DNA of 64,000 nucleotides from Anthoceros angustus (GCA_010909165.1 VJWM01000007.1:732644-796643), one strand, 5' to 3'. Counted from the first letter of the stretch, positions 49,701 to 63,487 are shown. Program-made: numbers and translations. The notes: generated by a model not told the origin, from the letters alone.

Positions 49701-52664
49701 CTTAGCCTCTGCTGCGCTACCCTCTCACTGCTGCGAGGTCCTCGGCCAGCGCTTGGGCCTCCTTAGCACTGCTTGGTGCTCCTCCGGTGAAGGAATTTAG
49801 TCGGTCCTTGCGGATGGACGGACTTCCCTCTCGGCCTCCCGTTTCCCTTCCTCAATTGCCGAGCTTGGCCTTCCTTCTGCCTCACAGGCCCCTCCACTCT
49901 GGAGGAGTACCATGCGCCTCGGGTGGCTTCTACCTCACAGGTCTTCTCGGCCATCCATGAGACCCCAAAGCATCACAGTCCATGGCGGTGGCAGGACGTG
50001 TTTCTTCCACGGCCGCCCGAGGCTCCCACAAAGTCCGTAGTGGGAGGCGGCATTTCAGATCCGAGGACCTCCATCAGCCGGTCGGGAGTCGGTGGGTTCT
50101 CGGACCTAATCGGGACCCTTAGGTCTGAGTCTTTGACTCGGGCTTCACCCTCCTTGGCCCGCGAGCTCCTTCTCGCCCTTTTCAGGGCTCGGAGGAGGTG
50201 AGGTCAGGAGCAAGCCCTTTTGCCCCTTCACTGTCGGAGGCAGGACTCGGTGCAGGCTGGTGTCCTCCTGCTCCACAGGCGGCGTCCCTTTACCCTCCTT
50301 CCTCGCTTCTTGCCACTCAGGTAGGCGGGGGGTAAGTCTTGGTCACGAGGTCTGCGTTGGTAAACTGGTCTTGCGTCTCTTGGTTCCCTCACAGTCGGCG
50401 GGGCTCCTTGGTATGGTTGTGGTGGTGGGCTGCTGGGTTGGGCCGCCTCCTGCTTTCATTTGGGGCACCAGGAGGCGATTTCCTCCCATACTTCCACAGG
50501 TGGTGAGGGGTCCGTTCGGACGTATGGGTCAAATTCCCTCGATCGTCCTCCTCCGGGTCGTTTGGCCTTGAGTCGGCCTCCCACCTCGGGCGCCCTTGCC
50601 GCTCCACTTGGCGGGCCTCAGTCCTTTCGGGCGCCCGCTCAAGCTCTCCCTCCTTGAGGAGCTCGAAATGTCCCCATACATGGATCGGTATGGGGCGGAT
50701 GGCGAGGCTTCTCGGTCACGAGCTTGCGGGCCTCCTAAGCAGGCGAAGATAATCCTTCCCAGTCGCCCTCTTCCCCGCTGTAGCATGCGGGAATACCAGC
50801 AGTTATCACCAAGGTGATCCACCTTGGTGGCGAGTTCAATGGACAATGATCGGGCTACTTACTGTATCCGGGTCGGATATCAACGGCCGTTGGTGGTCCT
50901 CTGCGTCGAGCCTCGGCATCGCTTGTCGGCCCTATCTTCCCGCCTTGAGGGCTCGGAGGTGAGGGAGTCGGGAGCAAGCCCTTTTGCCCCTTCACAGGGA
51001 GGCAGGACCCGGCTCAGTGCAGGCTGCAGTGTCCTCCTGCTCCACAGGCGTCCCTTTACGCCCTCCTTCCTCGCTTCTTGCCACTCAGGTAGGCGGGGTA
51101 GAAGTCTTGGCACCGTCGAGGTCTTGCGTTAAAGTCTTGCGTCTCTTGGTTCCCTCACGGGTCCGTGAGCTCCATGGTGGTTGTGGTGGTGGTGGGCTAT
51201 TGGGTCGGGCGCCTCTGCTGCTTGTGCTCGGTTGGGGCACCGAGGAGGAGGCGATTTCCTCCCATACTTCCACAGGTGGTGAGGGGTCCGTTCAGGGCGT
51301 ATGGAGTCGAATTCCCTCGATCGTCCTCCTCCGGGTCCGTTTGGCCTTGTCGGCCTCCCACCTCGGGCGCCCTTGCACGCTCCACTTGGCGGGCCTCACC
51401 GGTCCTTTCGGGCGCCGCTCAAGCTCTCCCTCCTTGAGGAGCTCGAAATGTCCCCATACATGGATCGGGGGCGGCCAGCGAGGCTTCTCGGTCCACGAGC
51501 TTGCGGGCCTCACGCTAAGCAGGCGAAGATAATCCTTCCCCGTCCGCCCTCTTCCCATGGCGCATGCGAGAATACCAGCAGTTATCACCAAGGTGATCCA
51601 CCTTGGTGAGTTCAATGGACAATGATCCGGGCTACCGCCCTTACTCGTATCGGCGGGTCGGATATCAACCGGCCGTTGGTGGTCTCTGCGTCGAGCCTCG
51701 ATCGCCATGTTGCGGCCCTATCTTCCCGCCTTGAGGGGCTCGGGCACACCCCTTCTTCCTCCTTTGGGCGGTTGTAGGCCCCTCGGGACCTCAAGGTCCA
51801 TCGCCTCGGGTCCTCCGGAGGTTCTTGGACCGCACCTCCTTGTTGACCGCCGCCACATCTTGGGCGAACTCCGGACGGTGGCTGTTGTCGCGTCGGACCG
51901 TCTGGACGCATCCGGTGCCACTCCTCCACTAATTCTCCGCTTCCTCGGCCGGGGCCCAAAGTCCGGATAGCGCGGGTCACAATGTTGCGCTCCACGAGGT
52001 TCCATGGCTCCCAAACTTCGCGAGCTTTTGGGTGCCATCGCCTTCGTCTCCCTTGTCGGCCCAGCTGGCGGAGTTCAGCAGCGATCGCCCTCCTCGCGCG
52101 TTCTTCTCCAACCCGGCGGTGAACTACGCTCGAAGGTCTTGGGCGCTCAAGAGATAGCGAGCCGGGTTGCGCGAGGCTGGTGTCTCGGTGAGATGACCTT
52201 CCCGCGCCGGGCCTTGGCCCGGGGCGGGAAGGCGCCTCTTCCACACTAGCGAGTGCATGGCTTATTCGACCTTACGCCTCCGCTTACTCGGCCTTCGCGC
52301 GCGCGTACTACGGCCTTCGCCGCGCGCGGTCAGGCGTGAATACTGCCTGCGGCCCTGGCTCAGTCTGGCGGTGCATGCACCTCCACTCGGGGCCATCACG
52401 TGGCGCCGCCTAGTCAGTCCTCACGGCTCAACTTCTAAGTTACTTTCCTGGCGTACTTATCTGGACTGGGTGGGTCGGACTTATCCGTTACCAGCGTGGT
52501 CGGCGCACCGCCATAGTAGGTCCAGTGCGTTGTCCACTCCAGTCGGAGTATACTCAGTCGGTCAGGAGTGCTATCGTCTTATTCCTCCTTTTCGTATTTT
52601 CCTCCTCGCTCCTCGAAAAAACAAACCCTAGTTATTTCTTAACCCAGGGGGTCCGTGATCCACG
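46750..52664 (-). mobile_element. Inverted, diverged relative of the 38521-45400 block
   Basis: Minus strand starts (c)GTGGATC..CCCTGGGTTAAGAAATAA after atagggaggc. ORF remnants EVWEPWNLVERNIV, LATKVDHLGDN and IHVWGHFELLKEGE. The TATA core (cttatactac on +) occurs twice, at 47181 and 47971, because of an ~800-bp tandem duplication. Confidence 0.6.
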
Positions 52665-52669
52665 GCCTC

Positions 52670-55600
52670 CCTATCATCGTCATGAGGTCCCAACATTCTC
52701 CTTTCGCAAGTCGCAACAACTCGTTAGTGGCCTTGAGCACCTTGTTGTGAAGATGGGCTGAATCGTTGTTGCCATCTCAATTCTTCGTAATCCTCAAGCC
52801 ATACTCCATGCTCACACTTGCTTTGTAAGCATCTCGCTCAAGGCCAGCTCACGGTCTTGACATGAGCCACATTCTCCGTCCTCTCATTACGGTTGGCGGA
52901 TCAATCTCTCTTGTAGGGCATAATCGGCACGAAATCTACGCTCCCTCACCGCCAACATATCTCCGCCTCATGCGGCCTTTCTCCTTTGCCATTTCTTCCT
53001 CCAACTCCCCTATCCTCCTAGGGAGTTGTGCATTCTCCTCTTTGGACTTCTCGTTCCATTTCCAATCTATGGAAAAAATGTGTCCGTTCTTCCAGCTCTT
53101 CTTCCTTCAATTCCAGCCTCGTGATTTCTCAACTCCTTTTCCATGTCACTAATCTTCCACGGCTGTGGCTATGACCCTCATGTCGCCTACTTGCCTTTGT
53201 TTGCCCTCATTTCTTTGCGGTGCTCTCGTCTTGACCTTTCCTCCATTAGCAGCACTTGCTTGTCTTACGCCTTCTTTTCCCATGCGCACCATGTGAGCAA
53301 GTTGCTCCACCTTCTCCTCTCGAGCTGCCAATTGCTTGGTAAGAGCCTTGTTCTCCGAATATGATGGTTTGTTTCACTGTGTCGTCTCAAGACTCTTTTC
53401 CAAGTGCTCCACTTGAGCTTCCATCCTCATAACATCCTCCTGCCTCTGGGTTTCCACTCGCCTACCTGCAATTTCCCTTGCTTGGTAGGTCCTTGTCTTT
53501 TCCGCCTCCGTCTTCAAGAATTCAACTCTCCTCAAGGCGGCTCCTATGTCAACCTTGCTGAAATTTGTGATATGGGCATCATACGGACATCATAGATTCA
53601 GAAGCATAAGGACCAGATGCTGAGGAGCGCGTGTGCGGAAGAGAATGTCATCGTGAATCAATCAAAAGGTACATAAAGAAGAAGTTTAACCGTTTTTCTA
53701 AAGTAATCCTAGTTAATTAATCAAATGATACTCTTAACTAGAGTTAGGTATGAACTAAACAATATTATCCAATACGCCCTCTCAGACCTAACTCGAAAAC
53801 AAAACGTTTGGATACGTAATCCACGAGGTCCGGTAGAGGTGCGCGCCCGTCTTCAGTAAAGTGCTCACGGCTTGCATAAAAAAAAACGAGCATACATCGA
53901 TCACGCTCTGTTGAGCTCGATTGCGATCATATTGGCTATTTGGATCCTGCGCCTCGGGGCATTACGCATCACATAGTTGGAAGAAGCGGATGCAAAACAC
54001 AGTTGATGTGAAGATAAGGCGCTGATGAGGTTCCCAAAAAAGGTGAGGAAGGAAATGCGCGAAGGCGCGCTCCGGCTTAAGAATGGCGAGAGAGGAGGTA
54101 ACTCAAACTTCAAGCTAGTGCTATTGAAGGTAAGTGATCACCGATCCACCTAACCTTGCGAGAGTGTTGATTCATCCGGGATTAACGGTGTAGTGATTTG
54201 CGCTAGGGCTCCGAAGCGATCTGTCGTCACATAGGGCGAAAATGGAGGATGGCCCAATCTTTGCATCGTAGGGCTCAAAATCAAATGAATCAAGGAGGAT
54301 CCAGGAGGATCGACTAGCTTTAAGATAAGTGTTGGTGGAATCATTAAGCGAGGGAGCATCTATGCGATCATGTGACATCTTAGGAGTCCCTTAGTAAGAA
54401 TGTCAATGTTGGTGAGGTGTGAACATATTGAGGTATGATTCCCATTTCCACTGACGGATAAAATGAAATTGAATCTCAATATGCTTTGATCGTCGGGATG
54501 GGGTTGGTCCGTGATAGGTGATTGGTTGTCTGCAATGGGGTTGCTCGAGTTGCTCGTGAATACCATCAAGAAAGTCCAAGTGATCTCACGGGCAGCAAGT
54601 GAAAAGCACCATACTCGCCTCGGTTGAGGAGAGACTCGATGGATAACTTTTTGATTGCCAGATTCTGAACCTTGCGGTAGGACACAATAAGCTATAGACT
54701 TAGAATCAATGTCCCACCGCCCGGTCGAAAACGAGGTAAGAATCTGCGCCATGTTGTGAATCTGCGGTACATGTGTTGGGTCCCTTTCAAATAACGAAGG
54801 ATCGTTTCACGACCCAATGCTTTTGTCGGTTCTCTTGAGGAAGCGTGAGACTATCAAAACTGGGAAATATTGGCGAGTCCATAAATATAAAGGCTCCCAA
54901 GCGCCTCTCTGTGGGTATAGTTGACATAGCTGCTCGTTCATTATCGATGGTTGGGGCTGTCCTCAATAGATAGCTTGTCACTAGTGGAAGCGGAGTAGAG
55001 GCGGGTTTACATCCAAGATTAAATTTAGTGAGAAGCGTATAAAATGTGATTGATGAATACATACAGTCTTGCCCATATCAAAAGCAAAGCGAATGCCAAG
55101 TGCAAACTTTAAAGGTCCGACATCGTCATGTCCCACTCAGGAGAGTTCTCGCTTGATGTAGGTCGGGATCCGTTGTCACTTGCGAAGATGAAATTATCAT
55201 CAACATACAAAGCAATGATGCATATCGATTGGTCTTCTTGAGGACATAGCGCAATCAAGACTAGAGGTACAAAACCCTTGCGTAGTTTCTTATCGACGTG
55301 AATTCCATAGGCGTCTTGTTGTTTTAATCCATACGATTTGAGTCTACATACCTTGGTGTGATCGACAATATAGCCCTCGGTGGTTCATAAAATCACCTCG
55401 GTAAGATCTCCATTTAAAATGCGGTCTTGGCGTCCATTTGATGGACAATCAACTTATGTTTGTGATAGCGAGTAATATCATAGGCGTTGGCTTTACAAGC
55501 GGGCTAAAGGTCTCTGTAATCCGGACCATGGACACGAGTGTAGCCCTCGCCACTAACTGGCCTTATAGCGACTCTTGAGCGTCTGGATGGAGCTTCAATT

Positions 55601-58600
55601 TGAAAACCCATTTGGATGTGATGGGTTTCGATCAGAAAGGTTACCAACTCCCATGTCTTGTTTGATATAAGGCGTATATTACGAATCAATAGCTTTACGC
55701 CATTACGCCTTTTGAGGACGGACAATGCCTCTTGATAGGTGAGTGGTGTTTGGGGATCTAGGGGTGGAAGATCTGCATAAGCAAAAGGAGAGACTCGCGA
55801 GGTTGTGCTACATGATCTGTGATTGATAGGTAAAAGTATCACCGGTGAATAAGGTGGATTAAGCCACTCTTCACGAGGCGATGTGACTGGCTGATCTTCT
55901 CAAAGGTGTCACTGGAGCCTCTAATTGGTAAGTCAAGTGGATCTGGTAAGTGCAGTTGGTCTAAATCGTCCACTAAAATATTGTGTGGTTGGTCTAATTC
56001 ATCCACTAAATTATGTCGCGCGCATCTAACAATGATCATTGTGGTGCTAGAATGGGGACACTCTTGGTGTGGTTTTGTAAGATCGGTAAGAATTCAACCA
56101 TATCGATGTAAATCGGTTGTATTATCAATGGGTGATCTAATGGAAGGTGGCCATACAAGGAAGGTTGTGGAAGAGGCTCATGGCTAGTGGAGGGCGAGAT
56201 GTGCATTGAATAAAACTCTCATTGAAGCTAACACTACGGGCCAAGGTAAGTTGCTTAGTGTAAGGGTTGTAGAGCCTATAACCTTTGGAAGTGTCGAATA
56301 GCCGACAAAATGTGGTTGCCCGATTATCCATCTTTCCTCTCTTGTCGGTACATAAGCATATCTTGAGAAAATAAGATGGGGATTCGAGGTTTAGAAGTAT
56401 GCCATCTCTCAAGGTGTGTGATCAAATAAGGGCTTTCTTTGGCGATCTGTTATGAACATAGTTTACAGCAATAGCTTGACCCAGTATCCTCAGTCGGCAC
56501 TTGAGAGTGTAGCCGCATCTTTCAGCGTGCGGTTGTAGCGTTGCGAAAGAGTTTTGTGCGGTGGTATGGCCGATAAGTTGGTGGATGATTCCTTTCTCTG
56601 ACGGTGAAAAACATGGTAGGTACTCGGTGCATTGTCACAATCTCTTTAGTGTTTTTCCGGTTTGTGTTTGCCATGTGCACGTATTCTACAAACTTGTCAT
56701 ATGTTTGGTGTATACATGCAGAAATATAAGGTGCAAAAGTGACTCCATTCATCCGGAAAGGTTAAAAATAGATAGCTCCACCAAAGAGCTCGTGGACATG
56801 GGTCCACATATATCGAATGGACCATATCGAGAAGGCTGCTTTGTTGGTCATTATATGGCAGCCATCTTCCCTACTTGGCTTCTCACGAGAAAGGTGATCG
56901 GTAACTTTAAATGTTAAAGCATCTTTATATAGTTGGCTTACCAACCACACGTATGTAGGTGATCTTTGAGGGTGACACATGCGGCGAGCAAAGTCTTATC
57001 CACATCGGTCGGCGTCAATAACTAATGAGCGGGCTGCGAAGATCGCCTCAAACCTATAGGTCATGATATACCACTCCGTTGCAAGTAGGAGGGATGTATC
57101 ATATCTTGATGTAACCATGCGCTGGGTGTAAAACTACTTGTAGCTCATGGTGAATAAGCTTTCATTATAGATAGCAAGTTCTTAGTCATCTTTGGGTACA
57201 TGGAGTACGTTCAAGATGTATCTCTTTGTCTCCTAGGGTAGGACTTCTCCTAAGCACCTACACCACTCACGGCACTTGACTAGGCAGTGGCGGTGTAAGT
57301 GATGAACTTCTCGCGGTTGGCATATGTGGTTTGTTGCGCGAATCGAGAAACCACATGTCACTATCTGCTTTAAGGATAGGCTGCTGCCAAAATGGTTGGA
57401 GACTTAACACGTTGTGGGCTACTTGTTTGTCCACGAGTCACTGTGTGATTCTCCTCCAAGAGGAGCTTCTACTGGGTTCCCCAGTGCTTTTTCTACACTC
57501 ATGCTCAAAATGTCACGGTATTCGACACGTGACATGTACCTTTAACCTTTGTGCATCTGGAAAGGAGGGTGAAGTGTAGGGTCTCTGGATTGGAAAGGTG
57601 GCCTATAAGGACCTCGACCGCCCACGTCCACAGGTAAAAAGAACTTGCGAGTTGTGATGTTGAGTCGTCCACTTCCTCATCCTCCCCTTGACTCCTCCTC
57701 AAGCGGGGCTCCAACAATTGTGCCCTTGTTGTTGCACCTGACCTTGCACAGTGATGGAAGTCTGCGTCTTGACAAAAGCCCTATAGCTGGGTGGAAGTAG
57801 CGTTAAAGAGCAACTCACTTGTGGTTGATCAGTTGGCCACAAGTGAGCTTGGCTCTCAAGGTGCGGAATTTATGCACATGATGCTCAATCTTGTCGTATC
57901 TTTCATACGGAGGCGTATAGTAATCTAGTTGCATTAACTAAGGACATGGAGTCCTTAGCTGCGAATAGGTCCGTGAAAACCTTCCATACTTTGGTGATGT
58001 AGCTTGGCCTTGGGTATCTTTGAATCATATTCTTGTCGGTCACGGAAAGTATAATACTTCGCTTATCTGTTTGTTCCGGTGACTTATCAACATCGATCGG
58101 CTTGGCTACTTTTCCAAGGACCATATCCATTAGGTCATGCTCCTCCGACACGCCATCCGCATCTCGGGTAATCGTTCCATTAAACCGATCTCGGTCTTTG
58201 AAGTCAATTTTGTGGTATTGTTAATGATGGTACTAGTGCTACCACCTCCTCCATAGCCATGGTTTGTCTTGTGTGAGGAAAAGGGAGTGCAGGAAAGCGT
58301 GGGATATAATGTAAAGATCTGTTTGGAGGAGACCACATGCAAAATAAGGCTATGCTACAATTAGCCTCGCCCTAATGGCTAAGGGGTCGAGATGTTGGGA
58401 TCTTCCCAAACATGGTGGAGAGAGACTCTAAGACTTGTTCAATGGGTTCGAGCATGAGCAAGCGGTAGTAGGAGGAATGAGCAGGAGATGTCGGTGATTT
58501 GTTTGTATGAAGGCGGGTTGCAACTAGTTCTAAGTTAGCAAAGTCATGTGATCGTGTAAATTGCTTAGTCAAAACTCCAATTTGTTTGTGCAAAGAGATC

Positions 58601-61300
58601 GAGTTCTTTCTTATGATTATGTTTTGCTACATGTGTATTCTTGAAGTCTTAAGTGTGATCTGAGGTTCTTAATGGCCGAGTCTTTGGGTCTTTACTACTG
58701 AAAAAACGAACTATTGCATCGTGTAGTGCATGTATCTGCGATGATGACAGTGTATTCACGTCTTTGGTGATTCTGACAAAAGGAAAAGCAATGTTGGAAT
58801 CTGCGTCATTCCTCCCACCAAGGCATATTTGTAAGCAAGTCACTTGTGCTTTCTCTCAAAGCACTCCCATTTGCTGTGCACCAAAATTACTTGCGTGTTC
58901 TAATTTCGCGGTCTACGGAAGGCGTTTGTCATCCATCCCTATCAACATCGAGAAAGATGCCTAATTGCGCTCCGAGACATCGTAGAATGTTGAAAACAAG
59001 CCGTTCCGCTTCCTTGGGTCAATTAAAATTGCGGCCTTGATCCAATGGCGGGGCATTGTAATACGGCGACATGATTGAATGGCTATGTGATTTGTGATAT
59101 GGGCATCATCGGACATCATAGATTGAGCATAAGGACGGATCTTTGAGGCGGCGTGAGAGAGAATGTCATCGTGAATCAATCAAAAGGTACATAAAGAAGA
59201 AGTGTAACCGTTTTTCTAAAGTAATCCTAGTTAATTAATCAAATGATACTCTTAACTAGAGTTAGGTATGAACTAAACAATATTATCCAATATTGAACAT
59301 CTCCCCTATGCGCAGCATCTCCTCCAACATGTTTAAGTCTCCTTTCTTACCTTCGGGAGACTCAAGGCCTTTGCCTTGCTCCTGGGATCTTACATCCCTT
59401 GCTTCCCTATGATGAGCTCCCCGCTCATCACTTGGTGGGGCAACTCCTCCCACCGTGACTCTCGCCCACCTAGCAGGGGCCGGTTGCCTTCTTATCTCCT
59501 CTTGGGAGCTTCCAAACCGTGACTTCCTTTCCCTCCTACCGTGGTAGGAGGTGCTCCGTGGGACTACTTCCCTCGTGGTAGGACTAATTCTGCCCTTGTA
59601 GGCCTTGTCATGAGGAGGACGAAGGGGTCCCAAACGTGGGAACACCTCCCACCCTCGGCGATTCACCATGGTAGGATCTATCCTACCTTCCATCTCCGCA
59701 TCCTCCGGTCCAAACTTCAAATCCCCTACAACTTCTCCTTGCAAGTCCTCCACACATCCTCGGCCTATCTTTGGAGGATTCCTTCCCAATAATGTCCCGG
59801 TGGTCTGCGGCACCTCCTTTACAAAGCACCAAGCACTCCTGTCCCTCTCACATGTAAGTACACAATGTTAAAGGGATGCTTGGAATCATCCAACTCCTTA
59901 CTTGTGAGTAGCCTCTACTTCCCACAAATGCACTAGATAAGTGCTAAGATAGCACATGGTTTCATCTTCATCCAGCGTTGGGTTTGACCTTTTTGGTAGG
60001 TGTATGCTTCATACATGATGAGCCCCAATCCGGCTTCGCTCCTTGAGTGATCTTCCATAGAAAATGGAGGAAGGTAGTCTGAAATATGACACCCTTGGAT
60101 TGCTCACCAAGCCCAAAACAATTCTTGTGAACAATCTCCACTTGGGCTCCAAGATTTGGTCGTCGTTCTTGGACTTAGCCTTCATGCCCCTTGCATGTAA
60201 GGGCTCCCTTGGGAAGATCCGCCGTTGATGCGCTTGCCTCACTCGTTCCTTCCATCAGCGTGATTCCGCTATCCTCGCTATCCGGCACCGCCATATACGT
60301 ATGCTCCTTACGGTCCAACACGTGGATCCGTCCGTGCGTTCTATCCGGTAAGGCGGCCAATTCCTCTTCCGTCTGCAAATTAGCAAAACACTCCTTCTAT
60401 CAATTCAAGGTTGGTGTAAGACCAATGTCGCCCATACACCCACTCTAGCTGAATATTCTCCTCTGCTGCCCAAGGTCGAAAAGTGAAAGGTCTCTAGAGG
60501 ATAGCTGGCCTGCATAGCGTAAATAAGGGCATGTCAAATTTCCACCCTCAGGGTCGATCCTCCTGCCTTAGACCTCTTGCAGCTCCTGCGCCACCTCCCT
60601 TGGTGGGCGCTCCTTCCTTAGCTACTACCTCCTTGCCCTTGGTCATGGTAGGCTTGGTCATGGCCTCCTTGGTTAGTACTTGCGAAATTGAAGAAAAGTG
60701 ATGCCTCTCCCGCAATTCCTGCGGCTCGACTTCTTATCCTTGCAACTCCTCCTCTGATTTGCTCTTGCTCACAGCTCAAAGGTCCTTGCCCTTGCTCTCC
60801 TCCTGCAGTCCTTACACCTTGGCGTCCCCAAACCCGATTTCTCCTGCAAGCTCAACAAAATTCCCCACGGACTCTTACACCTTACATTTAGGAGCCCTTC
60901 ACACGGTTTCCTAGCAATCTTGCCACGCTCCACCCTCCTAGGCACCCTCACGAGCTTGGCAAGTGTTGGGTTCGCCCAACCTTCTTCTCCCTTCTCTTCT
61001 TCCTCTTTTCCTCCTTCTTCCTCTCTTGGCGCTGGCGGATTTACGCCTCCTTCTTGAGCTTGCGCCCTCCTTCTCCTCCTCAACACAGGCGCGTGTGCAG
61101 TGGCGTTGCTGTATGGGGGCCTTGGGCAGCTTGAGGTGTGGCGGCGCCTTCTGCTGAGGTAGTCTCCTCAAGTTTCGAGTTGTGGCCTCCTGCGGGCACT
61201 GCACCACTTTTATAAGTCACCCAAGGGTTAGAAAAAGTAACTACCATTCTATCCTGCCCTTGGATGTGTGCCACGTGGCCCTTTCCCACCATTGATGTTA
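52670..61300 (-). pseudogene. Extra ORF of an Athila-like Gypsy element, split by a Copia insertion (53566-59289)
   Basis: 60242-60009 (KWRLFTRIVLGLVS..SYF) is homologous to 38048-37716; 52860-52700 (DAYKASVSME..AHLHNKVLKATN) is homologous to 36250-36110. Confidence 0.6.
53566..59289 (-). mobile_element. Ty1/Copia LTR retrotransposon, structurally complete but heavily frameshifted
   Basis: Direct repeats at 53566-53771 and 59093-59289 with TG...CA ends on minus; PPT gagagggcg before the 3' LTR; near-TSD aaatt/atatt. Internal order on minus: gag (58300-57900), integrase (IHSDICGPM-like ~56810; KMDNRAT..KGYRLYNP), RT (TYQEAL..NKTWELV; LYVDD ~55205), RNase H (DNQS..DILTK). Confidence 0.88.
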
Positions 61301-61481
61301 GTTTCCTAATTTCCCTTATACTAAAATACCATTTCCCTATTTTTCTAATTTCTAATTCTGAAAATTAGCCTCTAATTTCTTAATTACCTATTTTGGCCTA
61401 TTTATCTAGTCCACTAAAAGACTCTATATATAGCAAGCCTATCCACCTAAAACATAAGCTACTTTCCTTAGAAACCTATCT

Positions 61482-61726
61482 CCTACGTGGTAGGACATCC
61501 TCCTACCATGGTAGGCGTTTTCCCTTTCTCCTACCACGGTAGGAGTGAGTTCTCTCTGGCGGTGGGATACCTTCCTACCCTCTCCTACCATGGTAGGAGC
61601 TATTCCTACTGGTAGGTGATCAAAACACTAGCGGTCATCCTCCTACGGTGGTAGGATCTCTCCTACCCTCTACCATGGTAGGAGTTTCTCCTACGGTGGT
61701 AGGACACCTCCTACCACTCATGTAGG
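61482..61726. repeat. Array of 8-9 palindromic CCTACCRYGGTAGG-like motifs
   Basis: Copies at 61482, 61502, 61530, 61584, 61605, 61642, 61670, 61690 and a degenerate one at 61710; irregular spacing. Confidence 0.92.
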
Positions 61727-61929
61727 TTACCTTTTCTCCTCACCCAGTGGTCGTTTTGACCCGTTTCTTTTCCTGCATATCCTCTGCCTTCCCAGGCATG
61801 GTCCTACAACTCCGCTCAAAAAGGCAAAAATTTCCTTGCATGTCTTCACCAAACCATTTCTAGCAAAAAAGTGTGGGCTGTTCAAAGCAAACTCATTTAA
61901 GCTTGTTGCCCAAACTTTTGCGTTCCACA

Positions 61930-63480
61930 TACTCCCCTCCTCACTGTTTGCGTCCTACAAACACAGATACTCTCAGTGAAGGTACTTCTTAACCTTCCAC
62001 CCATTCACTCTAGTTGGCGACAAATCCCCATCCGGCCTGCGTGGTTGCGGATCCATTCTCATACACGCCACCACCTCATAAGGTCCCATCCATCTCAACC
62101 TAAGCTTCACAGGAAGTCCATATATCGGCTATCATATAGAAGAACCAAATCCCGGCCATGATAGCTTCTTGCTTCCTCAACTTCCCATCATGCCTATCCT
62201 TTCTAAGCTCCAGATTATTGAGTTTCTTCTAAAGCATCTTCCCTCGTTCCTCATGCTCTATGAAAGACTCTAGTCTAGCTACGCTATCTTCTGATCATCG
62301 CTCATCCTCCATGATTCTATAGGTAGGTACTTCAAATTCTCGGCATCACGGAGACATGCCATATGTTAAATAATAAGGGGTCTTCTTGGTTGTCACCTTC
62401 TCACATCTGTAAGCCCATAGCTTGAATGTAGCTTAGTGTCCCAATCATACATGTGAGTCCACGATTACCTTGGTCAAGATTGTACACAACGCCCATTCGT
62501 TTTCTCCGTCAAACCATTCGCTTTGGGATTGTAAGGAGTTGTCTTTCGATGCGAATGTTGAAGTAGGTGGTGAGAGTCTCGAGTTGAGGAAATGAGTTCC
62601 CTATCAGCAACTCAAAGGACATCCATACCTCGTTATAATGTTCTCAAAGAGAAACTTCGCTCTGTCGTCCTTTCTTGTTGCTTGACCTCCACCATCTTTG
62701 TACAATAGTCCGCCACCAAGATATATTGCTTCCTTGTCCATTGTGTGGGTGGCTTGATTGGACCTACAAAATCTATACCCACTTCTCAAATGGTGCCAAA
62801 GGTAGTATGTAGGTGAGAGGCCCTTTGTGTTGACAAAGTGGGCCTTCCAACCCTCGACACGCATCACACCTCCTAATAAATTCCCACATCCCTGCATTGT
62901 AGCCCAGGCTGCATCCAAGACCTTCTTCCCGGTGATTTGCGTCGAATAATGACCACCAGCCTCTTACGCATGTAAAGCGTGACCAAAAGCAGCTTCTCTA
63001 ATTTCCGGACATCGCCGAATCTTCGTCTGGACCAAGCTTACAAGACCCCATCCGTAGGCAATAAGGGGCTGTCTTGTGGAAAAACAGCTCGCCCTCCCTA
63101 GACAAACCATCGGGCATGATTCCATGCTCTAGAAATTTTACCTCACCATTCACAGATCTTGGGCATGAACTCACGCTAATCTCCTCCTTCCACGCATACC
63201 ACGTCGCCTCCACCTGCTCGCCCACCAGCAGCAGCAGGCGTTGTTCCATCCACAAATCCAGTTTCTCCCGCTTTGTCCATGCAAGTTTTGAGCTGCGGCC
63301 CGTTTGCATGCTCCTCCTCCAACAACGTTCGGTTCTTCCATTCCTGCTGGTCTAGCCTCGTGTCCAGGTCCAGCTCGTGCTCCCATGGCGACCTCCTTTT
63401 TTGCACCCATGGCCGCCTCATGAGTGATTTCCCATGAATCTGCCATTTCCTTCTCCTGCAGTTTTTCTTCAAGCTTCTCA
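61930..63480 (-). pseudogene. Athila-like Gypsy pol remnant (end of RNase H/connection, integrase) with PPT; LTR-type start at 61929
   Basis: VKFLEHG.MP..L..E..F, GHYSTQITGKKVLDA, AKFLFENIITRYGCP, KTTPYNPK, FPVKLRLRWMGPYEV, NGWKVKKYLH* (stop 61975-61973); PPT gaggaggggagta followed by TGTGGAACG. Confidence 0.85.
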
Positions 63481-63487
63481 TGGGATG

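Noticed and set aside
39734-52244. The many 60-210 aa GC-rich ORFs on both strands as independent genes
   Set aside because: They are overlapping frames of duplicated, frameshifted retroelement sequence.
61482-61726. Palindrome array as a CRISPR-like locus
   Set aside because: Repeat is only ~14 bp, spacing is irregular (about 6-40 bp), and it lies within a retroelement.
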